Source of the DNA: Octopus sinensis | Lineage: Eukaryota | Direction of reading: 5' to 3' | Length of the DNA stretch: 64,000 nt | Assembly (NCBI RefSeq): GCF_006345805.1 | Contig: NC_043013.1 | Span: 35,092,001 to 35,156,000 of the forward strand | Part shown: positions 13,481-27,826 of the stretch, in pieces | Numbering within the stretch: the first letter of the stretch is position 1 | How the letters are laid out: every line of letters begins with the position of its first letter | Notes under the pieces: model-generated | Told to the model about the DNA's origin: nothing | What the model saw: the letters and a program-made list of their open reading frames with translations, nothing else | Database searches by the model: none | Translations under genes and position numbers: made by a program

Positions 13481-14013
13481 GTATGTGATCGTCTTTGTAT
13501 GTGTGCATGTGCATGAGAGTGTTTATTTTCTTAAATAAATTCGATATATCTTATTGCGTGTCTGTATCAATGTTTCTGCATGTACAATGTATGCGATGTA
13601 TTTGTGTTTGTTTTCTTGAATGAGTTCTATATGTATTTCTATTTGTATAGTATAACTTTTTGGCTTCCATTGGGATTTTTTTTTTTTTTACATAAATATA
13701 TTTATAAATTTGCTGTTTGTTTTAATAAGGGTGAAGGTGGAAGAAAAGGAAAAAGGATGGTACGGGGGTGGAACAGAATGGTATGTAATGGTGTTGCATA
13801 GTATTGGGTGTAGGTGCTGAATGCTTTCATTCTCACCCCCCCCCCTTTGTTTCTTTATTAGTTTGTTAACAAAACTGTTTAATGAGATTATTTGATTATT
13901 ATTAATTAAAAATTTTTCTTCGTTAAAATACACATACGTGTGTATATAGGCATGTGTGTATGTGTGTGTGTGCATGTGTGTGTATAGAGAGAGATGAATA
14001 GATAGATATACAC

Positions 14014-14132
<119 letters not shown>

Positions 14133-14194
14133 AGTATATATATATATATATATATTTACGTCTATATATATGTATACACACACACACACATATA

Positions 14195-14221
14195 TATATA
14201 TTTACGTCTATATATATGTAT

Positions 14222-14272
<51 letters not shown>

Positions 14273-14921
14273 TGTATGTATAATTATAAACACATGTAAA
14301 ATGAACTACAGCAAGATACTTTGCTTCTTTCATAGAGAGTAGAAAGAGGAAAATTGTGTATATGCATGTGTGTGTGTGTGTTATGGATGTGCATTTATGT
14401 ATGCGTACATGTTGTACATATATGTGTTTGTGTAAAAAGGAAGAGACAAAAATCTGTTGAAGGTAAAACAAACAAAAATCAGAATTAGAGAAAGACATGA
14501 TAAAAAAAAAATTAACAAAAATTAAAAATTAAATTAATATATCAATAAAATATGACTAAAAAACAAACATGTAAAGAAAATACAAATTTCATTTATTGGA
14601 TTTTATATTTCTTTAAAATTATCAATTATTCTGAAATTTTAATGAAGTTGTTACTAGAGAAAGAACAAGGGATTGTGGTTATATTTTTTTTATTCTTATT
14701 ATTGTTTTAATATTTTTTTTATCCAACTCATTTTCAAAATCTGAATAATCATCAATGACCCAACCTTTATATTTATGCTTCTTTGATTTGGTTTTAGAAT
14801 TTTGTTTTATTTTTATATTCTTTAGTTTTTGTTTTTTTTATGAAGATTTGTTAGCTTGTTTTGTTTGAGGTCTTCTTTCTTCCTTTCTTTTCCTCCTCTC
14901 ACCATCCCACTTTCTCCTCTC

Positions 14922-14952
<31 letters not shown>

Positions 14953-15036
14953 AGTATATATATGTATATATACACACGCATATATACATATACACAACAC
15001 ACATATATATATATATTTACGTCTATATATATGTAT

Positions 15037-15080
<44 letters not shown>

Positions 15081-15735
15081 GCATGTATGTATAATTTATA
15101 AACACATGTAAAATGAACTACAGCAAGATACTTTGCTTCTTTCATAGAGAGTAGAAAGAGGAAAATTGTGTATATGCATGTGTGTGTGTGTGTTATGGAT
15201 GTGCATTTATGTATGCGTACATGTTGTACATATATGTGTTTGTGTAAAAAGGAAGAGACAAAAATCTGTTGAAGGTAAAACAAACAAAAATCAGAATTAG
15301 AGAAAGACATGATAAAAAAAAAATTAACAAAAATTAAAAATTAAATTAAATATATCAATAAAATATGACTAAAAAACAAACATGTAAAGAAAATACAAAT
15401 TTCATTTATTGGATTTTATATTTCTTTAAAATTATCAATTATTCTGAAATTTTAATGAAGTTGTTACTAGAGAAAGAACAAGGGATTGTGGTTATATTTT
15501 TTTTATTCTTATTATTGTTTTAATATTTTTTTTATCCAACTCATTTTCAAAATCTGAATAATCATCAATGACCCAACCTTTATATTTATGCTTCTTTGAT
15601 TTGGTTTTAGAATTTTGTTTTATTTTTATATTCTTTAGTTTTTGTTTTTTTTATGAAGATTTGTTAGCTTGTTTTGTTTGAGGTCTTCTTTCTTCCTTTC
15701 TTTTCCTCCTCTCACCATCCCACTTTCTCCCTCTC

Positions 15736-15750
<15 letters not shown>
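14195..15750. repeat. Near-identical tandem duplication, period about 812 bp
   Basis: CACATGTAAAATGAAC at 14291 and 15103; ACCATCCCAC at 14901 and 15714. Confidence 0.9.
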
Positions 15751-15805
<55 letters not shown>

Positions 15806-16336
15806 ATATATTCATGTCATGTTTGTGTGGGTTGGATAGGTCAGAAAAGACCAGAGTTGTTTTCTTAATTGATTTCTGTTTTGCTTGTTTTCTTTCATTT
15901 TCCCCAAAAGATTTCTTTTGTATATTGTTGTTACTGTTGTTGTTGTTGTTGTTGTTAATCACTATTTCTGTTTGTGTTTCATCAAGAAGCTGGTATTAAT
16001 AATTTCTGTGGAAGTGATGCAATTTCACTAGATCATTCATTATGTTCTGAAATTTGACACTGTTCAAAATTTCATTCAGACATGTATTCAATGAGAGCCA
16101 ACTTTACAAACACAAACGGAGTTGGGTGGCGTTGAGGTATGTTGTTGCAATTTTTTTGTTGTATAACCCCAGGTCATTCCTAATCAAGCAGACCTATTAG
16201 TTTCATTCTTTCTTCTTTTTTCTCTCATTTTCTTTTGTGGCTGTTAGTAATCTAATTTGGATATCTTAATATCCTTAATATAATAGTCACTCTTATATGT
16301 CAAGTTCCTTAGTAAGATTGTTTATTATTATTATTA

Positions 16337-16439
<103 letters not shown>

Positions 16440-16452
16440 CCTTATTATTAAA

Positions 16453-16668
16453 GTAGCAAGCTGGCAGAATCATTAGTATGTCAAGCAAACTGCTCAACTT
16501 CATTTCATTTGTCTTTAGGTTTTGAGTTCAAATTCCACTGAGGTCAACTTTGCCATTTCTCATTTCAGGGTTGATAAAATAAGTACCAGTTAATTACTGG
16601 GGTCAATGCAATCGATTTATCCTCTCCCTCAAAACTGCTGGCCTTGTGCCAAAATTTGAGACCAATAT
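16453..16668 (+). mobile_element. SINE-B between (ATT)n tracts
   Basis: AGCTGGCAGAATCATTAG head, GAGTTCAAATTCC B-box, GTTGATAAAATAAGTACCAG central domain. Confidence 0.8.
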
Positions 16669-16745
16669 TTATTATTATTATCATTATTATTATTATTATT
16701 ATTATTTTTTTTTTTTTAATTATTATTATTATTATTATTATTAAA

Positions 16746-16965
16746 AGGCAGCGAGCTGGCAGAATCGTTAGCAAGCCAGGTGAAATGCTTAGCGGTATTT
16801 TATCTGTCTTCACTTTCTGAGTTCAAATTCCACTGAGGTGGACTTTGCCTTTCATCTTTTTTGGGTCGATAAATTAAGTACCAGCTATGCATTGAGGTCG
16901 ATGTAATTGACTTAATCCCTTCACTCAAATTTGAGGCCTTGTACTTCCATTAGAAAGGATTTTAT
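16746..16965 (+). mobile_element. SINE-B between (ATT)n tracts
   Basis: GGCAGCGAGCTGGCAGAATCGTTAGC...GGGTCGATAAATTAAGTACC. Confidence 0.8.
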
Positions 16966-17001
16966 CATTACTATTATATTATTATTATTATTATTATTAT
17001 T

Positions 17002-17555
17002 GAGTGAGAGAGCAGTGCATGCCATCAAAGTGACATTGGGGTAAAATATATGAAGCCCAGCATACCCATCATGACTACCCATCTGATAAGGGTACACTAG
17101 GCACATACATCACAACCATATGTGCGCGACATGGTGATCTCATATCAAGATAAACAGCACATTACCTTGCAGGTGGGGCTCAGTTAGAATTTTCTTCAGG
17201 TCGAGTAACCCATCCCACTCAAAAGGTCCCTGAATAAGGGTTGTTTAAGGATGTTGAACGAAACACCCATGTTTCCAGAGGTGAAATATTCAAACCCCAA
17301 AGAATCCCTCTCAACACATGGCTATGATGCTCCCCCACTACTTCTGCTCGTGATCAGAGATGCATATATTATCAGCCACTAAGGGACATGCTCAGCTTGT
17401 TAAGGTCAAACAACTGACAAGCAAATCTGTGGTATTGGGCAGAATATTTACTGTAGCCCATCTTTTATACCAAGACAAAACAATGTACATGATAACACTT
17501 CCAATCGGTTAAGATCAGCAGCCATGAGAGCCACTGCCTTGTACTGCATCAGGGC

Positions 17556-17558
<3 letters not shown>
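17002..17558. mobile_element. About 560-bp non-coding element flanked by (TAA)n, copy 1
   Basis: Same ends (GAGTGAGAGAGCAG...TACTGCATCAGGGCATT) as copies at 51859 and 62207; (ATT)n on both sides. Confidence 0.8.
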
Positions 17559-17820
<262 letters not shown>

Positions 17821-17821
17821 A

Positions 17822-18035
17822 AGGCAGAGAGTGGGCAGAATCATTAGCCTGCTGGGCAAAATGCTTAGTGGCATTTCATCAATCTTTATGTTTTGAATTC
17901 AAATTCTGCCAAGGTAGACTTTGCCTTTCATCCTTTTAAGGTCAATAAAATGAGTAACTGTTGATTACTGGGAGTCAGTGTAATTGGCTTGGCCCCCTTC
18001 CCTGAAATTGCAGGCCTTGTGCAAAAGTTAGTAAC
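17822..18035 (+). mobile_element. SINE-B
   Basis: GGCAGAATCATTAGC head and GACTTTGCCTTTCATCC central domain. Confidence 0.75.
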
Positions 18036-18124
18036 TATCATTATTATCATTATTTTTTTTTCCCAAGGTATTAAGGGTACTGAGATGGCAATGAACAATA
18101 GAGCATCAGACAAAATGCTTTGTG

Positions 18125-18378
18125 GTGCAGGTGGCACATAAATAACACCATTTGAGTGTGGCCATTGCCAGTACCACCTGACTGGCCCTCATGCTGGTGG
18201 CACGTAAAATCACCCACTACACTCTCAGAGTGGTTGACATTAGGAAGGGCATCCAGCTGTACAAACTCTGCTAGATCAGACTGGGGTCTGGTGCCCCATC
18301 TGGTTAATTAGTCCTCAGTCAAATTGTCCAGCCCATGCTAGCATGGAAAGTGGATGCTAAACGATTATGATGATGATG
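18125..18378 (+). mobile_element. RTE-type tail element
   Basis: GTGGCAC subrepeats, TAGGAAGGGCATCCAGCTG, GAT tail. Confidence 0.7.
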
Positions 18379-18556
18379 TTATTTTAATATCCTGAGTTCA
18401 AATTGTGCATATGACAACTTTTTCTTTTATGCTTCAGGGCCAACAAAATATTGTAGTAATCTGGACATCATCATGTCACCAACTAATTTTCTACAGTACT
18501 GACTGAAAGTATTTTATTATACCAACAATACTAGACAAGTTGTCAATGATAGAGAC

Positions 18557-18931
18557 TGTTGTGGCACTCTCTCATTTATGACGATGAGGGTTCAGTTGAT
18601 CTGATCAATGGAACAGCCTGCTCACGAAATCAACGAGCAAGTGGCTGAGCACTCCACAGACATGTGTACCCTTAACGTAGTTCTTGGGGTGACACAGAGC
18701 ATGACAAGGTTGGCTCTTTGAAATACAGGCACAACAGAAATAGGAAGAAAGAGAGAGAGAAAGTTGTGGTGAAAGAGTAGAGCAGGGTTTGCCACCACTG
18801 CCTGCTGGAGCCACGAATAGAGTTAGGTTTCTCACTCAATAAACACTCACAACGCCCGATCTGGTAATCGAAACCCCAATCCTATGACCGAAAGTCTGCT
18901 GCTCTAATCACTGGGCCATTGTGTCTCCACT
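18557..18931 (-). mobile_element. SINE-C variant
   Basis: tRNA-like head at 18850-18931 on the - strand and GTCTGTGGAGTGCTCAGCCACTTG 3' module shared with 44865-45180. Confidence 0.75.
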
Positions 18932-19039
18932 GATACAGACTGTTCTAGACTGTTATCAGGCGTTTTTTGACTTACTTCTCTGCTAGGCAGGTTGCCTTTG
19001 TGGTAACTTGCAGTGTCCATCATCTTATTTGTTCATTCA

Positions 19040-19285
19040 TCCATATACTTGTGTCATATAACACAAAACTTGTAAGATGATAGCTGTACTTAAAAGACAT
19101 ATGCTAGTCCACAAAACACTCCTTCAGAATCAGGATTCCAAAGGGCAAAGTTGTAGAAGAAACTTGAATGATATCTGTCACTTGTGTTTTAAACCCTGTC
19201 AGTCAGCAGCTGGTCTTAAAAGTCACCTGAGGACTCATCAGCAGAGATGTGGCCTGTGTGTGTTGATGGGACAGCTATCATCATA
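19040..19285 (+). mobile_element. Probable RTE-clade LINE C-terminal C2H2 zinc-finger relic
   Basis: Open frame with VLKRHMLVH and CHLCFKPCQSAAGLKSHLRTH; no TGEKP linker; ends in ATCATC. Confidence 0.5.
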
Positions 19286-19359
19286 CACACACACACATGC
19301 ACATATATATATATATATATATTCATGTATGTATGTATGTATGTATGTATGTATGTATG

Positions 19360-19402
<43 letters not shown>

Positions 19403-19650
19403 CTGGCTTTAGACAAATACATATATACATATACATATACATATACATATATCATGGCCATCATGTGGCATATTCTTCCAGAGATTTGGCAACCATATAT
19501 TTTTTCTACTGCAGCAGAGAGAAAGTGGTAATCAGACAATATGAGTTCTTCATGAGCTCCTTTTTATTGAGCAGCACAGCCGATCCGGGGAGAGGACAGA
19601 GAGAGAGCAGGAACAGAATGGTATTTTATATTATATATTATTGACTGTAT

Positions 19651-19985
19651 GAAGGTGCATGGCTCAGTGGTTAAAGCAATGGGCTCACAATCATGACGTT
19701 GAGAGTTCGATTCCTGGATTGAGCTGTGTTTGGTGTTCTTGAGCAAGACACTTTACTTAACGTTGCTCCAATTCACTCAGCTGTAGAAATGGTTTGTGAC
19801 ATCACTGGTGCCAAGCTATATCAGCCTTTACCATTATTCCCTTGGATAACATTGGTGGTGTGGAGAGGCGAGGTTGGTATGCAAGGTTGACTGCTGGTTT
19901 TCCATAAACTACCTTGCCCGGACTTGTGCCTCAGAGGGGAACTTTCTAGAACTTTCAGTGATTTATGACTGAAGGGGGTCCTTTT
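19651..19985 (+). mobile_element. SINE-C (alternative tail)
   Basis: TGGCTCAGTGGTTAAAG A-box, GAGTTCGATTCC B-box, TCTTGAGCAAGACACTTT CORE-like motif. Confidence 0.8.
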
Positions 19986-22011
19986 TAATATTATTGACCC
20001 CATAAAGCTAACAGCCAGAACAAACATGCAAGGCATTTGTCCGACCCTTTAGCAATTGAACCAATCAAACTCTCCTACATGTGTGTGTGTGTGTGTGTGT
20101 GAGCATCACTGTCAAGTGATGCTGCTTGTTTCTAGCCATTAAAATATATTACCTTCTTTTGCTTGGAAACAGGTGAGTGATGCTGACAGCAAAGGCATCT
20201 GGCTAAAGAAAGGCCTGTCTCACTGAATTCTTTCTGACCTGTGCATGCATGGAAAAGTGGACATCGAATGATAATGATGATAATGAAGGTGAGGATTTAC
20301 AGGAAGGAAAAAAAAAAGACTTTTGCAATAATACACAGATAGATGCTTACTCACATGTGTAATAAAAAGTAATGACCAATTTAGCAATAGCTGTGGGCTA
20401 ACATGAACTCATGTCCTCAAGGCAGAAATCCCATTTGAAAACCTATCAATCAATCAAGGATTTTTGCAGTAAAATACTTTAATAAAACATTAAAGAAATT
20501 TCTACAATTGACATTTAAATCAAACTTTGCTTATTAGAAGGAACTCATTTAGGAATTAAACATTTCGTTTTGTTGGGGATTTTTTGTTTGTTTTTTAGTG
20601 ACTGTCATATATTTTAAAGAATATTTTAAATAAAAGTGTCTATGGATTTCTTTCCATGCTTGTTTCTTTCAAGGTGTATATGAATGCTTGCAAATATGCT
20701 TCATCTATGTATAATTGTTCACACAGGCAAATGTTTACTTGTGCAGATAGATAGATAGATCGATAGATACATAGATAGATAGATAGATTGATAGATAGGT
20801 AGATAGGTAGATAGATATGAGTTACTTCTAATGTTGTTTGTTAATCAGTTTTAGTCTAGTTTGATTGGCTGTCTGAGTATGTATACAGGTGTTTGTATGT
20901 AAGTTTATGTAAATTAATTTTTGTATGTATGTATATGTAAATGTGAGATCATGTACAATTATTTTTGTGAAAACGCATATATTTGTTAGAGTAACTACCT
21001 ACATGTTCTGTCTTGTCTTTTCCTTGTCCACCTAACCACTCACGCATTATCTTAGCTTTTACAAACACACTTCACTTTTTTTAGGGAAACCTCATTATTC
21101 TCACTTTGTCATTCATTCCATGACACATCTTACAGTTTTATCCATTTCCTTAACACTTTACTTTTTTCTAATACTGTATGTTAAATCTGACTGAATGCAT
21201 CACAGAAATTTATAATTGGTACCTACATAGAGCTTAGATAAATATGCTTTTACCAGTGGAAAGCATTCAGTCTAAGCTGAAATTGCACTTAGCTAGAAAA
21301 GCTGGCCGTATTCAACAGACATATATATATACATTCACGCTTACAGAGACATACCCAAATGGAAATTAACTAGGACCTTGAATTAAAATAAACAACGTTT
21401 GGATTTTGATGTATATTGAATTCCATGTATCCATATAAGGAAAGTGAGAAGAGGAAAACAGAGTAGACCTTATTATGCTTTATGTATGGTTGTCACCAGA
21501 AAATTTTCCTTGACATAGTATGCACATGAAAGGAGTACTAAATTGATAGGGGGTCAATATCACCCCACCACCACCACCACCACCACACCACTACCACTGC
21601 CATCACTACCCCTATACAACTGAAGATAAGAGAGGAAGAGTTGTGAAATAGTGAAACTTGGAATCAAATCTGTCATGTAAGCGCTTGACTTGTATGAATC
21701 CCATCAGTGTTCTACAGAACAAAAATCTTATCATTATAAAGTAATACATGCATATATAATACACATCCATCATCATCATCATCATCATCATCGTTGTCGT
21801 CGTCGTCATCGTGAATGTCATTATCACTATCATTGTTTACCTGCTGTTCTTGTTCTATGCTAGCATGGGTCAGATAGCTTGACAGGATCCGAATTAGCCT
21901 GAGGGCTGTGTTGGTCTCTATCATCTTCTTTGGCATGGCTTCTATGGCTGAATGCCCTACATAATGCCAACCACTATACAGAGCATACCAGGTGCCTTTT
22001 TCATGGTAGCA

Positions 22012-22051
<40 letters not shown>

Positions 22052-22259
22052 GGGTGCAGGAGCGGCTGTGAGGTAAGTATCTTGCTTGCCAACAACATGG
22101 TCTCAGGTTCAGTCCCACAGCATGAATGTCCCACTTAAAGTCATCTCACCAGCAAATGAACAACCTGGTGCAGTCCCCCAGCTGGCCAGCTCTGTTCAAA
22201 CCATCCAACCAATGCCAGCATAGACAATGGACATTAAACGATGATGATGTATATGTGTG

Positions 22260-22363
<104 letters not shown>

Positions 22364-22370
22364 ATATATA

Positions 22371-22419
<49 letters not shown>

Positions 22420-23043
22420 CTGTGTGACTTAGAAGTTGGAAAACCAACCGACTAAGGGATAGTACCTTTCCAATATACTGCTGGTAGTGTACCCAATTAT
22501 TCATACCCAAGTGCTAGTTATTGTGTAGCAAGCTTGCAATTGAGTGTCATATATGGGTAGGAGTAAAAAGTGGTTTACCCTTAATTTATACGGCAAATAA
22601 GAAAATGGAGAGGATACAAAAATGACATACATCAGCTGGTAGACATTCTAGTATGTCTATTTATTCCAATGTATTAGAATGTATTAGATGAATACATAGA
22701 CATGTATTAACCATGTTTTACGTACATATGCACTAATACTACAGAAAAGAGCAAAAGATCAGATTGTCAGTATGTGCTAGTTCCTTACAGACGTTTCTGC
22801 CAATAGGCAACGAAATCTTCCATGCCATCTCCATCTCTTCTGTGTACTGTAGGGATGGGCAGATAAAGTTTGGATGATGAATGTGCCTCTAGGCTTCTTC
22901 AGAGGAGTCTTAGTGGTTGGGAAGGCTAATACATATAAGAGTCAGTTAGCTGTAGGTACAGTGTGTTTGTCTTTTTTAAAAAGGCAGATATAGAATAGGA
23001 GTAGGAATAAGAACAAACATGTGGATGTGAGTGAAGTACAACT

Positions 23044-23110
<67 letters not shown>

Positions 23111-23189
23111 GGGCCTCATGGAAACAATGACTGAGACTTCTGGTATTATGTCATGATTGAGAAGAAGACCCATCAAGTCAAGCAAAATC

Positions 23190-23428
23190 ACAGTCATGGC
23201 AGATACTGGTGTCATGCAAATAGCACCAGTGCCGGTGGCACATAAAAAGCACCCGTTACACTCTTGGAGTGGTTGGCATTAGGAAGAGCATCCAGCTGTA
23301 GAAAACCATGCCAAATCAGGTCTGATGCAGCCTTCCAGCCTTCCCGCAGCGTGTTCAAACTGTCCAACCCATGCCAGCATGGACAACGGACGTTAAATGA
23401 TGAAAATGATGATGATGATGATAATGAT
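23190..23428 (+). mobile_element. RTE-type tail element
   Basis: TAGGAAGAGCATCCAGCTGTAGAAA and GGACGTTAAATGA plus GAT tail. Confidence 0.7.
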
Positions 23429-23815
23429 ATATAATTTCTTTATATGTGAATTAAGTCTATCATTGGTTTCATGTTAAGAAGAATAAGAAAATATCTTAGT
23501 GTCATAACAAATTTTCAAGTCGATCACATGGAGAAAGGTGCTCAAAACACTAGGATATTTTTCCAGTCTTCTTAACATGAAACCAGCGGTAGCCTTAATT
23601 CACAAATAAAGAAATTATATATCCACCAATGTGGTGTTGAGCACTCATTCCATCATTCTACATTACATATATATTACATATATACATATTATATATTTAT
23701 ATATATATATATATATATATATACATTATATATATAATAATAAATATTAGGGAATTAATCCAAATTACAGGGGAAAAAACAGATTTAGGATTAAATCGAT
23801 TTTATAGTAAAATAT

Positions 23816-24122
23816 TATAAAATATTATTCGAGACAAAACCACTATTTTGCAAAACAAACAAGGAAAGACTTAATCAATACATAACATTTTAATAAATAG
23901 TCAAAAAAACCGCCCCCTACAATCGTTTCTTGTCTTGATCGACAATCTTCAGGTGGACTTCCAATAATTCAGTGTCAAATTTGACACTGAATTATTGGAA
24001 GTCCACCTGAAGATTGTCGATCAAGACAAGTTTTTTGACTATTTATTAAAATTTATGTATTGATTAAGTCTTTCCTTGTTTGTTTTGCAAAATAGTGGTT
24101 TTGTCTCGAATAATATTTTATA
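23816..24122. repeat. Spacerless palindrome of about 307 bp (Penelope-like terminus, head-to-head)
   Basis: Perfect 102-bp core at 23929-24030 centred on 23979/23980; the right arm lacks a 20-bp segment. Confidence 0.9.
23911..23958 (-). ncRNA. Hammerhead ribozyme-like motif (minimal type I)
   Basis: - strand GTCCAC CTGAAGA TTGTC-GATCAA-GACAA GAAA CGA T T GTAGG: core CUGANGA/GAAA, 5-bp stem II, imperfect stem I. Confidence 0.45.
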
Positions 24123-24125
24123 TAC

Positions 24126-24157
<32 letters not shown>

Positions 24158-25105
24158 TTGTATATACTGGCATTAGAGGAATTGCCAAGTAACTTGCAAG
24201 GAAGCAGGAAAGAGCAAGTGCCTAGTAACAGAGCACTTTAGATATCATTGACTATAATAGATTTAATTTTTTTTAACTATAAAAGTGCTAAAAGAATTCT
24301 AATACTTACCACATATGAGGTCTTTAGTTCATTTCAGTAATCATGGGTAAGACAATTCTAGAATCTCATGGCTTTAGTTGCGATGAAACTTTATCCCATT
24401 TACACAGAGCAAAAATTTCCATTAATTTCATTTGTTAATTTTTTTTTTTTTTTTAAGTTAATTTTGGGTCAGAAATTTCTGCCACTTATATAATAGGAAC
24501 ATATATTGAACACAACCCTACTTGTCAATATTAATAATTTATCCTCGAATAAATTCGGTTGTATTTTTGTATTTTCTGGCCCATTGCATTCCTGAGTAAC
24601 TAAGATAACTTATTTCTGTAACAGACTGTGTACATTGATCAGTATAACATTTCATTTTACATTGAGATGTTACAACTAAATTGCTATATTTGGTTAGGGT
24701 CTAATTTTTTTTTTTTTCTGGTTTGTTAAGAACAATGTTTTTCTGCATATAATATAATAAATAGAAGCTTATCGTTTTGTTTACTTTATCTACAAAGCTT
24801 ATTAGCCAAGCTACAATACATATTTAAGTTTCAAGTCTTTTTATGATGACAGTGGTGATGATGGTGATGACGACGACGACGACGACGACGATGACGACGA
24901 TGATGATGATGATGATGATGATGTTGATACTCTTGATACTGGTAAAAACAACAAACACAATGTCTCTAAGGTTTAACTTCAGATAATACATTGCAGCATA
25001 TGTACATTAAATTGCATTAAAGTTATATACAAATATGTATGTATGTCTATATATATGTATATCTGTCTATATATATGTATATATATATGTATATATACAT
25101 GTATG

Positions 25106-25139
<34 letters not shown>

Positions 25140-25867
25140 TGTATATGTATATATATATATATGTATGTATATATACACATACATATATGTATGTGTGTGT
25201 GTTTGTGTGTATGTTAAATGATGATGATGACGACGATGATGATATATGTATGTATGTAAGTTTACACACACGCACACACAGATCCCTTTACTCTGCTGCT
25301 GGTTTTAGCTATTGGATTGCAACCAAGCTGAGTTTAGTTGATTAAACAAACTTCAGTATTTATTTGCTTTTTCTTAAAGTTGTGCATTTATTCTAATGGT
25401 CTCTATTTTGCTTGGACCTCTAAGTTACACAGACATAAACAAACAAACACTGATTTTGAAGTGGTGTACCATAAAAAACATTCATGTTCCGATTTTCTTT
25501 TGCTTAGAGATGGTTTCTTGCCCAAACATAAGGCTCTTTCTCCAAAATTCAAAGAACATCAACAGGATAGTTATGTGTGTATATATGCACATATGCATGT
25601 GTACCAACATGGATATTATTACATGTGAGTATTTTTAGGTTGTCACATGCAAATGTGTATACATACATGCTTGCATGTCCACACATAAGAATCTGCATTT
25701 ATTTTATGCTGAATACAACTAAGATGTTTCTAAACTGGGGAACAAAATATTTTAGTAGATTATCTTCCACAATTGCCATAGTTCTCTATTTTCTTCTGCT
25801 ACATCCATTACTTTTACAGTCTCACCAGCTCTAGTACAGACGAAATATCAAACACATTTTTCTTTAA

Positions 25868-26222
25868 ATAAAGGCAAAAGGGCAAAGATCCCCTTTGGTT
25901 ATGAATGACCCTGGGATTGCACCTAGAAAGATCCCCTCTGAAGCACAAGTCCTGGCATGGTTGTTTATATAAGACTGGCAGTCACACATGCATACCAGCC
26001 TCTCCTCTTCACGCCATTAGTGTTATCCAAGGGAAAAGCAAAGGCTGATACAGCTTGGCACCAGTGACATCAAAACGCATTTCTATAGCTGAGTGAACTG
26101 GAGGAATGTGAAATAAAGTGTCTTGCTCAAGAACATAACACATCGCCTGGTCCAGGAATCAGACTCACTACCTCCTGATTATCAGCCCAATGCTCTAACC
26201 ACTGAACCATGTGCCTTCACTC
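25868..26222 (-). mobile_element. SINE-C (alternative tail)
   Basis: Reverse complement of the 19651-19985 family. Confidence 0.75.
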
Positions 26223-26459
26223 TTTCCCTTCTGCCTTCTCTCCATTTCTTATCTCAGAAGATAAAACAGGTAAAATATTTGTGCTGGATATAGCTGTTTA
26301 AATGTTAAAGGGTTAAGGGGCAGATTTATTGATGATATCTTTATGAGTTTAAATGCTGTTTATATTGCACAAGTCTCTGCTTTTGGGAGAGATTACTGGG
26401 AATAGCATGACAGCTCAGGGGAAAAATATGTGTGTGTGTGTGTGTGTACTTATGTACGG

Positions 26460-26660
26460 TTATATGTACTCTTTTACTCTTTTATTTGTTTCAGTCATTT
26501 GGTTGTGGCCAAGCTGGAGCACCACCTATAGCCGACTCATTTTTGTAAGCCTAGGATTTATTCTATCGGTCCTTTTTTGTCGAACTGCTAAGTGACGGGG
26601 ATGTAAACACACTAACATCGGTTGTCAAGTGATGGTGGTGGGGACAAACACAGACACACT
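26460..26660 (-). mobile_element. SINE-A 3' half
   Basis: Reverse-complement 3' module. Confidence 0.75.
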
Positions 26661-26700
26661 CATATATATATATATATATATAATATATATATATATATAT

Positions 26701-26862
26701 GAGCAGGAGTGGCTGTGCAGTAAGAAGCTTGCTTCCCAATCACATGGTTCTGGGTTCAGTCCCTCTGTGTGACACCTTGGGCAAGTGTCTTCTACTATAG
26801 CCTAGGGTCGACCAAAGCCTTGTAAATGGATGTGGTAGACGGAAACTGAAAGAATCCCATGG
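26701..26862 (+). mobile_element. SINE-A 5' half
   Basis: Head plus central domain. Confidence 0.8.
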
Positions 26863-26924
26863 TACATATATATATATAGAACCAACTTACTTAGAAATGG
26901 ATGCGTGCGTTCCGTCATATAATA

Positions 26925-27514
26925 ACAAATTAATAAATAAAACATATGCATATATGCATACATATATGTACGTAACTACATCTACATGTATATATACATG
27001 CATATATGGGTACAGGACATCAAAAAATCGTCGAACACAATGAGAAACGAAAACAAACACAAAACCAAGGAAATGGACATTTTTCTTAAACAACGAAAAA
27101 ATAGAGTACAGGACAAACAACACAAGGAAAATTCCCCTTCTTCAGTCGCCTCTGTTTCATTTACTCCACGTTTCGAAGGTCAAGGCAAGACACGATTCGG
27201 TTGAAACATTCCTTCCCACAAAAAGCAAATTAAATAAAATTTGAGATATATTTTTGCGGAGGGGTAAGAATGGTAACAAAAACAGGACAGTAAAGACAGT
27301 ACAAATTATAAACAGTAAAAGACAGGACAGGGAGAATAACAGTAACACAAACTATAAGGGCTGTTAAGCCAAATGAGAGGTGTTTATGTTTTTGTTTCTC
27401 ATTGTGTTCGACGTTTTTTTGGTGCCCTGTACCCATATATGCATGTATATATACATGTGTATGTAGGTACGTACATATATGTATGTATATATGCATATGT
27501 TTTATTTATTAATT

Positions 27515-27557
<43 letters not shown>

Positions 27558-27826
27558 ATGTGTTGTCCTTACCTTTGAAACGCGGAGTAACCAAAATAGG
27601 GGCAACTGAAGGAGGGGAATATTCCTTGTGTTGTATATCTTGTACTCTGTATTTTCGTTGTTTGAAAAAAATCTGTTTCCAGTTTGTTTTGTTTTTGTTT
27701 TTCATTTCTCATTGTGTTCAACGTTTTTGTTGGTGTCCTGTACCCATAGATGCATGTATATATACATGTAGATGTTGGTATGTACATATATGTATGTATA
27801 TGCATATGTTTTATATATTATTTTGT

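Noticed and set aside
15990-16060. Microexon (AAGCTG) or terminal exon (AGINNFCGSDAISLDHSLCSEI*) after a long pyrimidine tract
   Set aside because: Weak donor, and T-rich tracts are ubiquitous here; no independent support.
22790-22830. Hammerhead-like GAAGA...TGCC-TATT-GGCA-GAAACGTC on the - strand
   Set aside because: The CUGA core is absent and extra bases precede stem II; more likely a simple hairpin.
27130-27185. Hammerhead from CGAAACG and CTGAAGA motifs
   Set aside because: No valid NUH triplet with a pairing stem I in any permutation I could build.
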